Shown: positions 46,279-55,972, counted from the stretch's first letter. The stretch: 61,753 nucleotides of DNA from Candidatus Omnitrophota bacterium (GCA_043798375.1 JAZDOS010000038.1:1-61753); one strand, 5' to 3'. The notes: generated by a model not told the origin, from the letters alone. Numbers and translations are program-made.

Positions 46279-47482
46279 GAGAGTCGTCATAACCGGCATA
46301 GGGGCGGTATCGTCCATCGGTATCGGAAAAGATGACTTCTGGAATAATCTTATCGCCGGTAAGTCCGGGATAGGCGAAGTCGAGCGGTTCGGCACTTCGG
46401 AATTTCCGATTCACCGCGCGGGCGAGATAAAAAATTTCAGAGCCGAAGACTTTATGCCGCAGACGATCTGTAAAGCTATCGGCCGCGGTTCACAGCTTGC
46501 CATAGCCGCCGCGAAGCTTGCCCTTGAAGACGGCGATATCAATCTTAAAAAGGATGAGCGCGGGTCTATCGGTATCATTATCGGCACTACGATGGGCGAG
46601 GCGCCGTCCATAGAGATGATAGACAAGTTCTGGACGAGACAGGGCGAAGACGACGTATATCCGTCAAACGTCAGGAACTTTCCGGTGAACAACCTTTCCG
46701 ATAACGTCGCGTTCTTTTTCGGATTGACCAATTATAATTTTGTTATACCGACCGCCTGCGCGGCGGGCAACTACTCGATCGGACTGGCCTTTGACTTAAT
46801 AAGGACCGGCAGGATCGATCTCATGCTTGCCGGCGGAGCCGATCCTTTGTCCAAACTCGCCTTCATGGGATTTAACCGGTTATTCGCGATGGCGCCCGAC
46901 AGATGCCAACCTTTCGATAAGAACCGTAAAGGCATGATGCTCGGTGAAGGCGGCGCGGTTCTTATCGTCGAAGAGATGGCGCACGCCAAAAAGCGCGGCG
47001 CGAAGATTTACGCCGAAGTCTTAGGCTACGGATTGAGCTGTGACGCTTCAAACATGACGATACCAAGCGAAAAAGGTATAGCGAAGGTAATGGAGAAGGC
47101 CATAAAGAACAGCGGCATCAGGAAGGACGACGTTGATTACATATCGGCCCACGGCACGGGCACGGGCTTGAACGACAAAACTGAAACCGCGGCGATCAAG
47201 GATGTGTTCGGCGACAAGGCCAGAGATATCCCAACGAGCTCGATAAAGTCGATGCTCGGCCACACTATGGGCACCGCAAGCGCGTTAGAGGCGATAACTT
47301 GCTGTCTTGCCATGCGCGATAGCGTGATTCCGCCGACCATAAATTACGAAACGCCCGACCCGGAATGCGATATTGACTGCGTCCCGAACAAAGCGCGAAA
47401 GAAAGACGTGTGTATTGCCCTGAACAACTCCTACGCTTTCGGTGGTAACAACGCGTGTGTAGTATTTGGGAAATATAATTAG
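46265..47482 (+). CDS. fabF: Beta-ketoacyl-ACP synthase (active, Cys-His-His)
   Basis: TACAAG, SAHGTGT, KSMLGHT, NSYAFGG. Confidence 0.88.
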   Translation: MPANRRVVITGIGAVSSIGIGKDDFWNNLIAGKSGIGEVERFGTSEFPIHRAGEIKNFRAEDFMPQTICKAIGRGSQLAIAAAKLALEDGDINLKKDERGSIGIIIGTTMGEAPSIEMIDKFWTRQGEDDVYPSNVRNFPVNNLSDNVAFFFGLTNYNFVIPTACAAGNYSIGLAFDLIRTGRIDLMLAGGADPLSKLAFMGFNRLFAMAPDRCQPFDKNRKGMMLGEGGAVLIVEEMAHAKKRGAKIYAEVLGYGLSCDASNMTIPSEKGIAKVMEKAIKNSGIRKDDVDYISAHGTGTGLNDKTETAAIKDVFGDKARDIPTSSIKSMLGHTMGTASALEAITCCLAMRDSVIPPTINYETPDPECDIDCVPNKARKKDVCIALNNSYAFGGNNACVVFGKYN

Positions 47483-47494
47483 AGGAGAGTTGTA

Positions 47495-48370
47495 ATGGAT
47501 CAACAGGTTAAAAAAAATCTCATCGAGTCGTACCAGGTAGACGGCGGCTTTATCGTGTATGATTGCGAAATGTTAAAGAAGATATATAAGGCATACGGCA
47601 TCGACCCGAAAAACTCGACCGATAGAAGGATCTTCGACCTGGAGGGTATAGTCCATTTTTTCCAGAAAGGCGTGGCCGACCTGTTCAAAAGGATCGGCAT
47701 AACGAAAGATGACTATGTCCTGAGCCTCGGCGAGGGAAGCGGCGCCCCTTCGCGGCTATTGGTGAAACTGACCGGCTGCAGGGTTGTCGGGGTGGATGTG
47801 AATCCGGCCCAGGTCAAGAAGGCCAGAGAAATTGCCGTCCTGCACGGAGTCCAGGATAAGGTCAAATATTACGAGCAGAACGTGGAAGAGTTCGATCTCG
47901 ACAAAAAAGATTTTACGAAAGCGTATGTCAACGAGACGTGCGGCCACTGGCAGGATAAGAGGAAGGCCTTCAACCGGATAAACAAGCATCTTGCTAAAGG
48001 CGCCAGGATAGGCTTCAATATATGGCTCGCGGGCGATAAGGGCACGCTGAACGAAGCTTACGACGCCGTCCCGGAATTCCGCCCTCTCTATAAACCGGGG
48101 ATATGGTTCCAGGAGGACCTGGGCGCTTACAAGAAACTGCTCGAGGAAGCGGGTTTCAACATATTGGAGATGGAAGACTGCACGGATGAAGTAGATATCA
48201 GGATACGGGCGAAACTGAAGAGCGGCAAAAGCGAATGGGATACCTACGCCTCCGTGATGGGCCGGAAGGCCGTCGATATCGGGTATGATTACTATAAGGG
48301 GATAGCGCTATCCCATTACGGCTACCTGAAATACGGCGTAGTCATAGCGGAGAAGAAAACGAGCCGTTAA
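47495..48370 (+). CDS. Class I SAM-dependent methyltransferase
   Basis: VLSLGEGSG motif I, VVGVD motif II. Confidence 0.75.
   Translation: MDQQVKKNLIESYQVDGGFIVYDCEMLKKIYKAYGIDPKNSTDRRIFDLEGIVHFFQKGVADLFKRIGITKDDYVLSLGEGSGAPSRLLVKLTGCRVVGVDVNPAQVKKAREIAVLHGVQDKVKYYEQNVEEFDLDKKDFTKAYVNETCGHWQDKRKAFNRINKHLAKGARIGFNIWLAGDKGTLNEAYDAVPEFRPLYKPGIWFQEDLGAYKKLLEEAGFNILEMEDCTDEVDIRIRAKLKSGKSEWDTYASVMGRKAVDIGYDYYKGIALSHYGYLKYGVVIAEKKTSR
48325..48357. repeat. 33-bp direct repeat, copy 1 (MTase 3' end)
   Basis: 32/33 identical to 49607-49639. Confidence 0.9.
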
Positions 48371-48375
48371 TGCCC

Positions 48376-48431
48376 TTGACTATTTTACTAAAATAGAGTA
48401 TACTCCATTTTAGTAATACTAAAATGGAGTA
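48376..48431 (+). promoter_or_regulatory. sigma70 promoter with three alternating 15-bp operator-like repeats
   Basis: TTGACT-N17-TATACT; TACTAAAATAGAGTA, TACTCCATTTTAGTA, TACTAAAATGGAGTA. Confidence 0.75.
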
Positions 48432-48439
48432 ACAAGCCC

Positions 48440-49603
48440 ATGAAAAATATCAAACGGATTTTGAAGATGGAATTGCCGCGGGGGCAATCGGCCTTTTTGT
48501 GGGGAGCCCGCAAGACCGGCAAGACGACGTACCTTAAAGAAAGGTTTCCTGATGGCTTGGTGTATGATTTTCTAAAGACAGATTTATACCTGAATATGGT
48601 CAAGAACCCTTCGCTTTTACGCCAGCAAATACTCGCGAAGGACAATACGGCATTGAAGGAACCTATTATATTGGATGAGGTGCAAAAGGTTCCTCATGTA
48701 CTGGATGAGGTGCATTGGCTGATAGAAAACAGAAAGTTAAGGTTCGTGCTTTGCGGATCGAGCGCCAGAAAACTGAAAAGGGGCCACGCCAATCTTTTGG
48801 GCGGCAGGGCCTGGCGATACGAGATGTTCCCTCTTGTCAGCCGGGAGGTCGGAAAGCTCGATATATTGCGCGCCCTGAATCACGGAATGATACCGGCGCA
48901 TTATTTGCAGGATGAGAAAGAATGCAAGAAATCCCTGGGGGCGTACGTGCAGGATTACCTGCGGGAGGAAGTATTTGCCGAAGGATTGACGCGGAATATC
49001 CCGGCGTTTTCGCGATTCTTTGACGCTTTTGGATATTCTCACGGCGAATTGACCAATTATAATAATATCGCCGGCGAATGCGGCGTCGATTCCAAAACGG
49101 TCAAAGAATACTATCAGATTCTCGTGGATACTTTGCTGGCCATCAGGCTCGAGCCTTTTAAAAAAAGACAATCACGGGATGTGATCATAAAGGCCGCGAA
49201 ATATTATATGTTCGATGTAGGTGTCGCCGGGTATTTGACAAAGAGGCATCTGACGGAACAACGGGGCGCGGAATTCGGCAGGGCATTCGAACATTTTATA
49301 CTGATGGAAGTAGCGGCGTATAGATCTTACAGCGAAAAAGATTTTACCATAAATTTTTGGAGGACGAAATCCGGGCTTGAAGTAGATTTTGTGCTTGGCG
49401 CCGGCGAGGTTTGCTTAGAGGTGAAAGGTGGGAAGCGGCTTGGTAAAAGGGATATGAACGGGATAAGCGTTTTTACCGAAACATATTCACCGAAGAGAAG
49501 CATCATAGTTTGCGGCGAACCGGAGAAGAGGCTCGCCGGGAAAGTGGAGATATTGCCCTGGGAGCAATTTCTGGACGATCTCTGGGATGGCCGTATATTA
49601 TAA
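48440..49603 (+). CDS. AAA+ ATPase (AAA_14 + DUF4143-like)
   Basis: GARKTGKT, DEVQK, GSS, LLGGRA, FWRT..GLEVDF, EVK. Confidence 0.85.
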   Translation: MKNIKRILKMELPRGQSAFLWGARKTGKTTYLKERFPDGLVYDFLKTDLYLNMVKNPSLLRQQILAKDNTALKEPIILDEVQKVPHVLDEVHWLIENRKLRFVLCGSSARKLKRGHANLLGGRAWRYEMFPLVSREVGKLDILRALNHGMIPAHYLQDEKECKKSLGAYVQDYLREEVFAEGLTRNIPAFSRFFDAFGYSHGELTNYNNIAGECGVDSKTVKEYYQILVDTLLAIRLEPFKKRQSRDVIIKAAKYYMFDVGVAGYLTKRHLTEQRGAEFGRAFEHFILMEVAAYRSYSEKDFTINFWRTKSGLEVDFVLGAGEVCLEVKGGKRLGKRDMNGISVFTETYSPKRSIIVCGEPEKRLAGKVEILPWEQFLDDLWDGRIL

Positions 49604-49606
49604 TCG

Positions 49607-49639
49607 CCTGAAATACGGCGTCGTCATAGCGGAGAAGAA
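49607..49639. repeat. 33-bp direct repeat, copy 2
   Basis: 32/33 identical to 48325-48357. Confidence 0.9.
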
Positions 49640-49651
49640 GAGGGAAGCATA

Positions 49652-50950
49652 ATGGCTAAGAGGGTTGTGATAACAGGGTTAGGGCCTATATCATCTGTGG
49701 GGATTGGGTGCGGTGCGATGTGGGATTCGATTTTGAACAAACGCCTTAATCTTGTTAAAAAGACTTATTCGGTCGATAACGAAAAATGGGGAGAGTTTTA
49801 TCTGCATAAAATCAAAAATTTTAATATTAAGGATTTTAACCTTCCAAAAGAAAATTTTAGATTTATCAGCGAAACAAGGACTGTAAAGAAAGAAGACACG
49901 GATCTTTACTACTTTTTAGCGGTAATAAAATTGGCCATCGATGACAGCGGGCTCAAATATGACTACGAACGGAATGACATCGGTTTGATTTTGACTCAAG
50001 AAAATCCGGGCATTGAGATCTTTTTTGAAGAGTTGATGGATTCCGCATATGAGATATTTAATCGCCTGAAAGAGAAGAAGGTATCCAAGTTAAAATTGGC
50101 GCAGGAAATCTATCGATCCGGCGCCGAAGAGAGAGGCTACAATCTGCAAACGTTCTCGTATCTTTTCTCAACCGCCAAAGTTTTTGACCTGCATGGATAT
50201 TCGCTATTTATAAATAACGCGTGCGCGTCGGGCCTATTTGCCATCGAGGCCGCGGCGCAGCAGATACGCGCGGGCACTTCGCCTGCCGTAGTAGTAGCCG
50301 CTTGCGATGATCCTACGAGGATATATAAATATTTGTGGTTTAAAAGGAACAAGCTATATGCCGAAGATGGCATCACCAGGCCGTTTTCGACCGATTCAAA
50401 CGGCATTGTTTTCGGTGATGGGGGAGCCGCCCTGGTTTTAGAGGATCTGGAATATGCCAGAAAAAGAAAAGCGCGCATATACGCCGAATATCTTGGGGGC
50501 GGTTTTTCTTTAGAAGGCTGGAAGGTAACAGTACCGAATATCGCCGATGATTTTTATACGAGATCATTCAAAAAAGCCCTCAATAATTCAAAGATAAAGC
50601 CTGACGAGATTGACCTCGTGAATCCGCATGGTGTTGGGATGAAAATTACGGATACATATGAAGCGAACACGATCAACAATATTTTTAAGGACAGGAAACC
50701 GTCAATCAGCGCTTTTAAGCCGTTGGTAGGCCACAATTTGGGCGGAAGCGCTCTGCTTGAAACTGCCATTTCACTGCTGGCTTTGAAAAATAATGTCATC
50801 CCGGCTACATTAAACTGCGAGAACCAGAACACAAAACTTAACCTTAATATTGTCAAAGAAAATAAGAAAACAAAGCTCGATACCGTTGCCAAAATGTCGT
50901 GCGGTTTTTCCGGGTTTAACGGTGTTTGTATTTTTAGAAAATATAGCTAA
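49652..50950 (+). CDS. Divergent beta-ketoacyl synthase
   Basis: NACASG, NPHGVG, KPLVGHNLG retained; divergent N-terminal half. Confidence 0.82.
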   Translation: MAKRVVITGLGPISSVGIGCGAMWDSILNKRLNLVKKTYSVDNEKWGEFYLHKIKNFNIKDFNLPKENFRFISETRTVKKEDTDLYYFLAVIKLAIDDSGLKYDYERNDIGLILTQENPGIEIFFEELMDSAYEIFNRLKEKKVSKLKLAQEIYRSGAEERGYNLQTFSYLFSTAKVFDLHGYSLFINNACASGLFAIEAAAQQIRAGTSPAVVVAACDDPTRIYKYLWFKRNKLYAEDGITRPFSTDSNGIVFGDGGAALVLEDLEYARKRKARIYAEYLGGGFSLEGWKVTVPNIADDFYTRSFKKALNNSKIKPDEIDLVNPHGVGMKITDTYEANTINNIFKDRKPSISAFKPLVGHNLGGSALLETAISLLALKNNVIPATLNCENQNTKLNLNIVKENKKTKLDTVAKMSCGFSGFNGVCIFRKYS

Positions 50951-50977
50951 CCTTTTCTATGTCTATTTCAAGGATAT

Positions 50978-51568
50978 GTGGTTATGAGGGTAATGATATT
51001 AGATGGATCAGATAAAAATGATGACGCGATGAATAATGCCCGTCAAATAACCGAGAAGTTCTTTAAGAGTGCAAACCACGAGATTAATGCTTTTACTCTT
51101 CGGGATTTACGCATAGCGCCATGTTGTGGTTTTTTTTGTTGTTGGATAAAAACCCCCGGTATTTGTATTGTAAACGATATAGCGTGTGATATTGGAAAAA
51201 GTGCCATGATTAGCGATTATTGGATATTTTTTACACCAGTTACATTTGGTGGATATTCATCAGAGCTTAAAAAAGCAATCGACAGAATGACCCCTATTCT
51301 ATTACCACATTTTACTAAAGCAAGAGGAGAGGTGCATCATAAGCCTCGCTACGAAAATCATCCTCATCTTGTAGTTTTCGGATCAACTAAAAACTACGAT
51401 GCGGAAATCGAAGATATTTTTAATAGCCTTACTCAAAGGAATTCTATCAATTTTCATAACAGGTCAGTTGCTAGCAAAGTTATTTTACAGACCGATAGTT
51501 TAAATACGATTAAAGCGAAGGTTATAGAAGCATTTAGCAAGGTAGTTATCAATCGAGAGTATGAATAA
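50978..51568 (+). CDS. Flavodoxin-like / iron-sulfur flavoprotein family protein
   Basis: ILDGS, PCCGFFCCWIKTPGIC, TPVTFGGYSSELKKAIDR. Confidence 0.72.
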   Translation: MVMRVMILDGSDKNDDAMNNARQITEKFFKSANHEINAFTLRDLRIAPCCGFFCCWIKTPGICIVNDIACDIGKSAMISDYWIFFTPVTFGGYSSELKKAIDRMTPILLPHFTKARGEVHHKPRYENHPHLVVFGSTKNYDAEIEDIFNSLTQRNSINFHNRSVASKVILQTDSLNTIKAKVIEAFSKVVINREYE

Positions 51569-52286
51569 AAGAATTCTTTTTTTAATAGGAAGTCCAAAGC
51601 CTAAGGCTGAAAGCGCCTCTGTATCAATTGAAGCGCGGTTTATAAAGTGCTTCCGTAAAAAATCTTTTGATCTAAAGAGGATTAATCTTGCGCAAGCCGT
51701 TACAACAGAAGTTGATAAAAATATACTGCTTGCCGCAGTGGACAATAGTGACATCCTTGTTTTAATAAGCCCTGTTTACTTGGATACTGCACCGTCATTT
51801 GTAATCAAGGCGATGGAGTTCTTAAATAAAAAGAAACATTTGATAAATACTCCGAAGAAGATGCTTGCCATTTCTATTTGTGGTTATCCAGAAGCCTTTC
51901 ATAACGATACGGTTTTGCGAGTTTATAAGCGTTTTGCAGACGATATGGGTTTTATATGGATTGGCGGCCTAGCAATTGGGGAAGGTCCAGCTTATGTTTA
52001 TGGACGGCAAATATTTTCAGCAATTGGTATGTATCATTGGCTGAAAAAATCTATTGCTTTAATTGCTCACGCACTTGTGGAGGGAAAGACAGTACCAGAA
52101 GAAGCCATAGAACTTATGAAAATATCGGTTATTCCTAATTGGCTTTACACACAAGTGGGTATTTTATGTGTAAAAATATTAGCCCTCAAAAATGGCGTGT
52201 GGAATTTATATAACCGTCCTTATGCCTTGCAGCCTTATAGGGATGTGTTAAAAACTGAGAGTCGAACGAACGGATCCGGAAAATGA
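51561..52286 (+). CDS. NAD(P)H-dependent FMN reductase-like flavoprotein
   Basis: LIGSPK, SPVYLD, CGYPE, WIGGLAIG. Confidence 0.7.
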   Translation: MNKRILFLIGSPKPKAESASVSIEARFIKCFRKKSFDLKRINLAQAVTTEVDKNILLAAVDNSDILVLISPVYLDTAPSFVIKAMEFLNKKKHLINTPKKMLAISICGYPEAFHNDTVLRVYKRFADDMGFIWIGGLAIGEGPAYVYGRQIFSAIGMYHWLKKSIALIAHALVEGKTVPEEAIELMKISVIPNWLYTQVGILCVKILALKNGVWNLYNRPYALQPYRDVLKTESRTNGSGK

Positions 52287-54430
52287 ATTTTTATGTATTA
52301 TCCAGCTTTATAGCGAGTATATCTCTGTTAGCAATGGGCATGTTTATGTTCATAAATAGTAAATCTCGAATACATATAAGGATATGGGGTTATGCTTGTT
52401 TCAGCGTATTGTTCTGGCAGGTAGGTAGTTTTGGATTTTCTACAGCAACGTCTAAAGAAATGGCATTCTACTGGTGGCAGTTTGCGCATATAGGAACAAT
52501 GCTTGCGCCACCCATATTTTTCCACTTCGTCTGTCTTTATCTCGGGATCAGAAAAAAATGGCTACAAGTTTCTGCATATATCATTTCAATCCTTTTTATA
52601 ATGATAAATTTTTATTGGGGCAGATATTTTATAGGAGATTTACGACTTACATCCGATCATTTCTATTATATAGACTGGTTTCATTATCGTAATCCCCTTT
52701 TTATTCTTTATTATTTAATGGCTTATGTCCTGCTACTGGGGTATTCCTTTATTATATTGGTGAAAAATTTTATGCTTTCTCATGGTATTCGACGTAAACA
52801 ATACAAATATTTTATTATAGGATCGATTGTTGGTTGGAGTGGTCCAATAGGAATAATAATTTCTTATTTCAGGATCGATTTATATGCTTATACTAATTTT
52901 CTCATGGGGATATTCCCACTTATAATGGGTTACGCCATTATTCGTCATCAATTGATGGATATTGAAGTAATTATAAAGAAGACACTTGTTTTTGCCGGAC
53001 TTTTAGCTTCAGTTTTTGCGATATTGATTCTACCTACATTACTCATCCAGGAATATATATTAAGGGCTGCAAATTTTGGCGGTAGAATGATAGGCCTTAC
53101 AATTAGCGGTATCATAATAATTTTGACCATGCGCCGGATCGAGACGTTCCTCATAAACATCACCGACAAATACCTCTTCCAGAAGAAATACGATTATAAG
53201 GAATTACTGAAGACTTTTACGTCAGAAGTTCTTACGGTATTAGAGCTGGATAAACTCATGGATCTTACTATTAGCAAACTTACTGATATCGTTAAGCTGA
53301 ATTCCTGTGCCGTGCTGCTCTTCGACGACGAGAAACAACAGTTTGAAGTTATGGCGTCTCATAACATAAAAGATCCGTCAATAACGTTGATACGGCCGGA
53401 CGGGATCGTTACGTTCATGGACGAGACGCACGGTTATATACTCGTAAAAGAGATGCGCGATAAGAAGATATCGATACCGGCATCCATACAAGAAATAATA
53501 GATAAGCTTAACGCCGAGCTTATCATCCCCATGGTCATGCACGACGAAGTCATCGGAGTCCTGTCGCTCGGCAAGAAGAAATCGGACGAGGAATATACAC
53601 AGGATGATCTCGACATACTCTTACCGCTGGCCAAGACGCTCGCGATAGCGATATCGAACGCCCAGCTTTTCGTCGAGCTCGGGAAGACACAGGCGGAGGC
53701 GGCGCAGAACGAAAAAATGGCGGTTATCGGGACGCTTTCGGCCGGCATTAATCACGAGATCTGTAACCCCCTCGGCATCGCGCGCGGCCAATGCGAGGCG
53801 TTTCTCCTGAATATCAAAGATGGCCTGTATAAGCATAAGACTACAGAGGAACTTTTTGCCAAGGCAAAAGAGATTATGGCGAAAGTCATACATGAAACGG
53901 ACAGGGCGACGTCCATCACGAAGAAGCTTTCCGGATTTGCCAAACCCGCGAAGGGCGAATCGGAAAGTGTCAATGTAGACAAGGAAATCGAGGATGTGAT
54001 CGGCCTGGTGGGTTATGAATTGAAACTCGAGAAGATAGAATTTACCAAAGATATCGAGAAGGATCTGCCGAATATCTTCGTCGATAAGAAGCAGTTTCAG
54101 GAGGTCCTTTTCAACTTAATCAGGAACGCCGGGCAGGCGATCGGAGAGAGGGGCAAGATTGCGATCACGGCAAAACAGGATAGAAATAAGGTATTCATAG
54201 ATATCAAGGATAGCGGCTCGGGCATACCTGAAGACAAGATAAAACAGCTCTTTAATCCGTTCTTTACGACTAAGGACCCGGGAAAGGGAACGGGCCTGGG
54301 GCTCTTCATTGTCCGCCAGGTCGTCGAAAAGAACGGCGGCAGGATACATCTCAAAGAGACAAAGGTCGGCGAGGGAACGACGTTCACGCTCGAATTCCCA
54401 GCAGTGATCGAGGAAGCAAAGACAAAATAA
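52283..54430 (+). CDS. Membrane sensor histidine kinase (multi-TM N-terminus, GAF, HisKA, HATPase)
   Basis: About 7-9 TM helices; GAF-like region; HEICNPL, NLIRNA, DSGSGI, FFTTK, GTGLGL. Confidence 0.92.
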   Translation: MNFYVLSSFIASISLLAMGMFMFINSKSRIHIRIWGYACFSVLFWQVGSFGFSTATSKEMAFYWWQFAHIGTMLAPPIFFHFVCLYLGIRKKWLQVSAYIISILFIMINFYWGRYFIGDLRLTSDHFYYIDWFHYRNPLFILYYLMAYVLLLGYSFIILVKNFMLSHGIRRKQYKYFIIGSIVGWSGPIGIIISYFRIDLYAYTNFLMGIFPLIMGYAIIRHQLMDIEVIIKKTLVFAGLLASVFAILILPTLLIQEYILRAANFGGRMIGLTISGIIIILTMRRIETFLINITDKYLFQKKYDYKELLKTFTSEVLTVLELDKLMDLTISKLTDIVKLNSCAVLLFDDEKQQFEVMASHNIKDPSITLIRPDGIVTFMDETHGYILVKEMRDKKISIPASIQEIIDKLNAELIIPMVMHDEVIGVLSLGKKKSDEEYTQDDLDILLPLAKTLAIAISNAQLFVELGKTQAEAAQNEKMAVIGTLSAGINHEICNPLGIARGQCEAFLLNIKDGLYKHKTTEELFAKAKEIMAKVIHETDRATSITKKLSGFAKPAKGESESVNVDKEIEDVIGLVGYELKLEKIEFTKDIEKDLPNIFVDKKQFQEVLFNLIRNAGQAIGERGKIAITAKQDRNKVFIDIKDSGSGIPEDKIKQLFNPFFTTKDPGKGTGLGLFIVRQVVEKNGGRIHLKETKVGEGTTFTLEFPAVIEEAKTK
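54350..54424. repeat. 75-bp imperfect direct repeat, copy 1 (kinase 3' end)
   Basis: Matches 55880-55954 with mostly third-position differences. Confidence 0.88.
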
Positions 54431-54450
54431 CAATTAAAGATGTATAGTAT

Positions 54451-55941
54451 ATGGTAAAAGATAAATACGATGTTATTATCATAGGTGCCGGAATATCAGG
54501 ACTTATAGCAGGTACGCACCTTGCAAAAAACGGACTTAAAGTTCTTATCGTCGACAAGAATAATATTGCCGGCGGTTGTTATACATCTTTCAGACGGAAT
54601 GGTTTCATGTTTGATGCCGGTGCGCAAGTTATTGGCAGCAGCGGCAGATCAAATGTGCTTGGTTCAATTTTGAATTCACTGGAAGTCGACATTGATTTTG
54701 TGAAATTAAAAGTTACCGATTTAGTACACTTCCCGAAAGAGACGATGCCGGTCGATGGTGATTCCGAAAAATTCAAAACATACTTAAAAGAAAGGTTCAA
54801 AACCGAGAAAGATAATATCGAAAGGTTTTTCAAGATATTCTCCGAAGCAGATGGCAGTTTAAAAATATTATACGTGATGAGGAAATACGCGGATTTTACC
54901 TATCAACAGGTGTTGGACGGCTTCTTTAAAAATGATATTCTTAAAAGTATTTTTTCCTCCCAAGCGGGATACTTAGGGCTTCCGCCGAAAAAGGTCTCGG
55001 CTGTTTCAGCAATATTATTGTTAAAAACTTATATTATTGATGGCGCGTATTATCCGATGGGCAGTTCTCAGGCACTGAGCGATGCCATTGTCGGCACATT
55101 TAAGAAATTTGGCGGAACTTTATTATTGAATTCAGAAGTAAAAAAAATATTAATAAGGACTAATACCGCTAAAGGGATATTATTGGATGATATGGAGTTT
55201 TTGTCCGATTTTATAATTATAGCATCGGATATCAAGCGTGCGTATACAAAATTACTAGAACCAAACCAAATAAGAATTAACAGAGAGTTTTATACAAAAC
55301 TAAATAGATTTAAACTGGGAGATTCAGGCTGTATTTTATATCTTGGCATATCAAAGAACGTTAATTTAGAGAATATGAATGGGTGGTATTATTCGTCATA
55401 CGACATAAACAGGGCATTTAAAACATTTATGAATGTGCATACTCCGACACAATATGATAAGTCGCTTTCGAAAAGTGGCGATAATATTCTTATAGCAACA
55501 TTTCCTTTTTGTTATGCGGAGGACAGAAAAACAGAGCGAAAAGAATTCAAAATCAACCTCATGAAAAAATTATTGTCTAGGTTGGAAGAGCGCATACCGG
55601 AGATTAAGGGAAATATTATTATGAAAGAACTTGCAACGCCTTTAACGATCGAAAGGTATACTTTTAATTCAGGCGGGTCTCTTTATGGATGGGCTCAATT
55701 ACCTAATCAGACTCATAAGAACTGCTTCCCAATTGGTTCACCAGTGAAAGGGCTGTTTCACGCAGGGCATTGGACTTTGCCCGGTGGTGGCATCGTAGCT
55801 GTGGCAACATCAGGGATCAATGCGGCTAAGAGAATTTTAAAAAAGATTGAAATGAGTAGAAAAACTTTTATCACCGTACCTCAAAGAGACGAAGGTCGGC
55901 GAGGGGACGACGTTTACGCTCGAATTCCCCGCAGCGACTGA
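54451..55941 (+). CDS. FAD-dependent oxidoreductase, phytoene desaturase-like
   Basis: IIGAGISG, GG, FDAG, TPLTIERYT...GSLYG, GLFHAGHW..PGGG. Confidence 0.82.
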   Translation: MVKDKYDVIIIGAGISGLIAGTHLAKNGLKVLIVDKNNIAGGCYTSFRRNGFMFDAGAQVIGSSGRSNVLGSILNSLEVDIDFVKLKVTDLVHFPKETMPVDGDSEKFKTYLKERFKTEKDNIERFFKIFSEADGSLKILYVMRKYADFTYQQVLDGFFKNDILKSIFSSQAGYLGLPPKKVSAVSAILLLKTYIIDGAYYPMGSSQALSDAIVGTFKKFGGTLLLNSEVKKILIRTNTAKGILLDDMEFLSDFIIIASDIKRAYTKLLEPNQIRINREFYTKLNRFKLGDSGCILYLGISKNVNLENMNGWYYSSYDINRAFKTFMNVHTPTQYDKSLSKSGDNILIATFPFCYAEDRKTERKEFKINLMKKLLSRLEERIPEIKGNIIMKELATPLTIERYTFNSGGSLYGWAQLPNQTHKNCFPIGSPVKGLFHAGHWTLPGGGIVAVATSGINAAKRILKKIEMSRKTFITVPQRDEGRRGDDVYARIPRSD

Positions 55942-55972
55942 AGAAGCGAAGACAGAAGTAAAGGGTAAATAA
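55880..55972 (+). pseudogene. Orphan histidine kinase C-terminal fragment (copy 2 of the repeat)
   Basis: Reads LKETKVGEGTTFTLEFPAATEEAKTEVKGK-stop, versus kinase LKETKVGEGTTFTLEFPAVIEEAKTK-stop. Confidence 0.8.
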
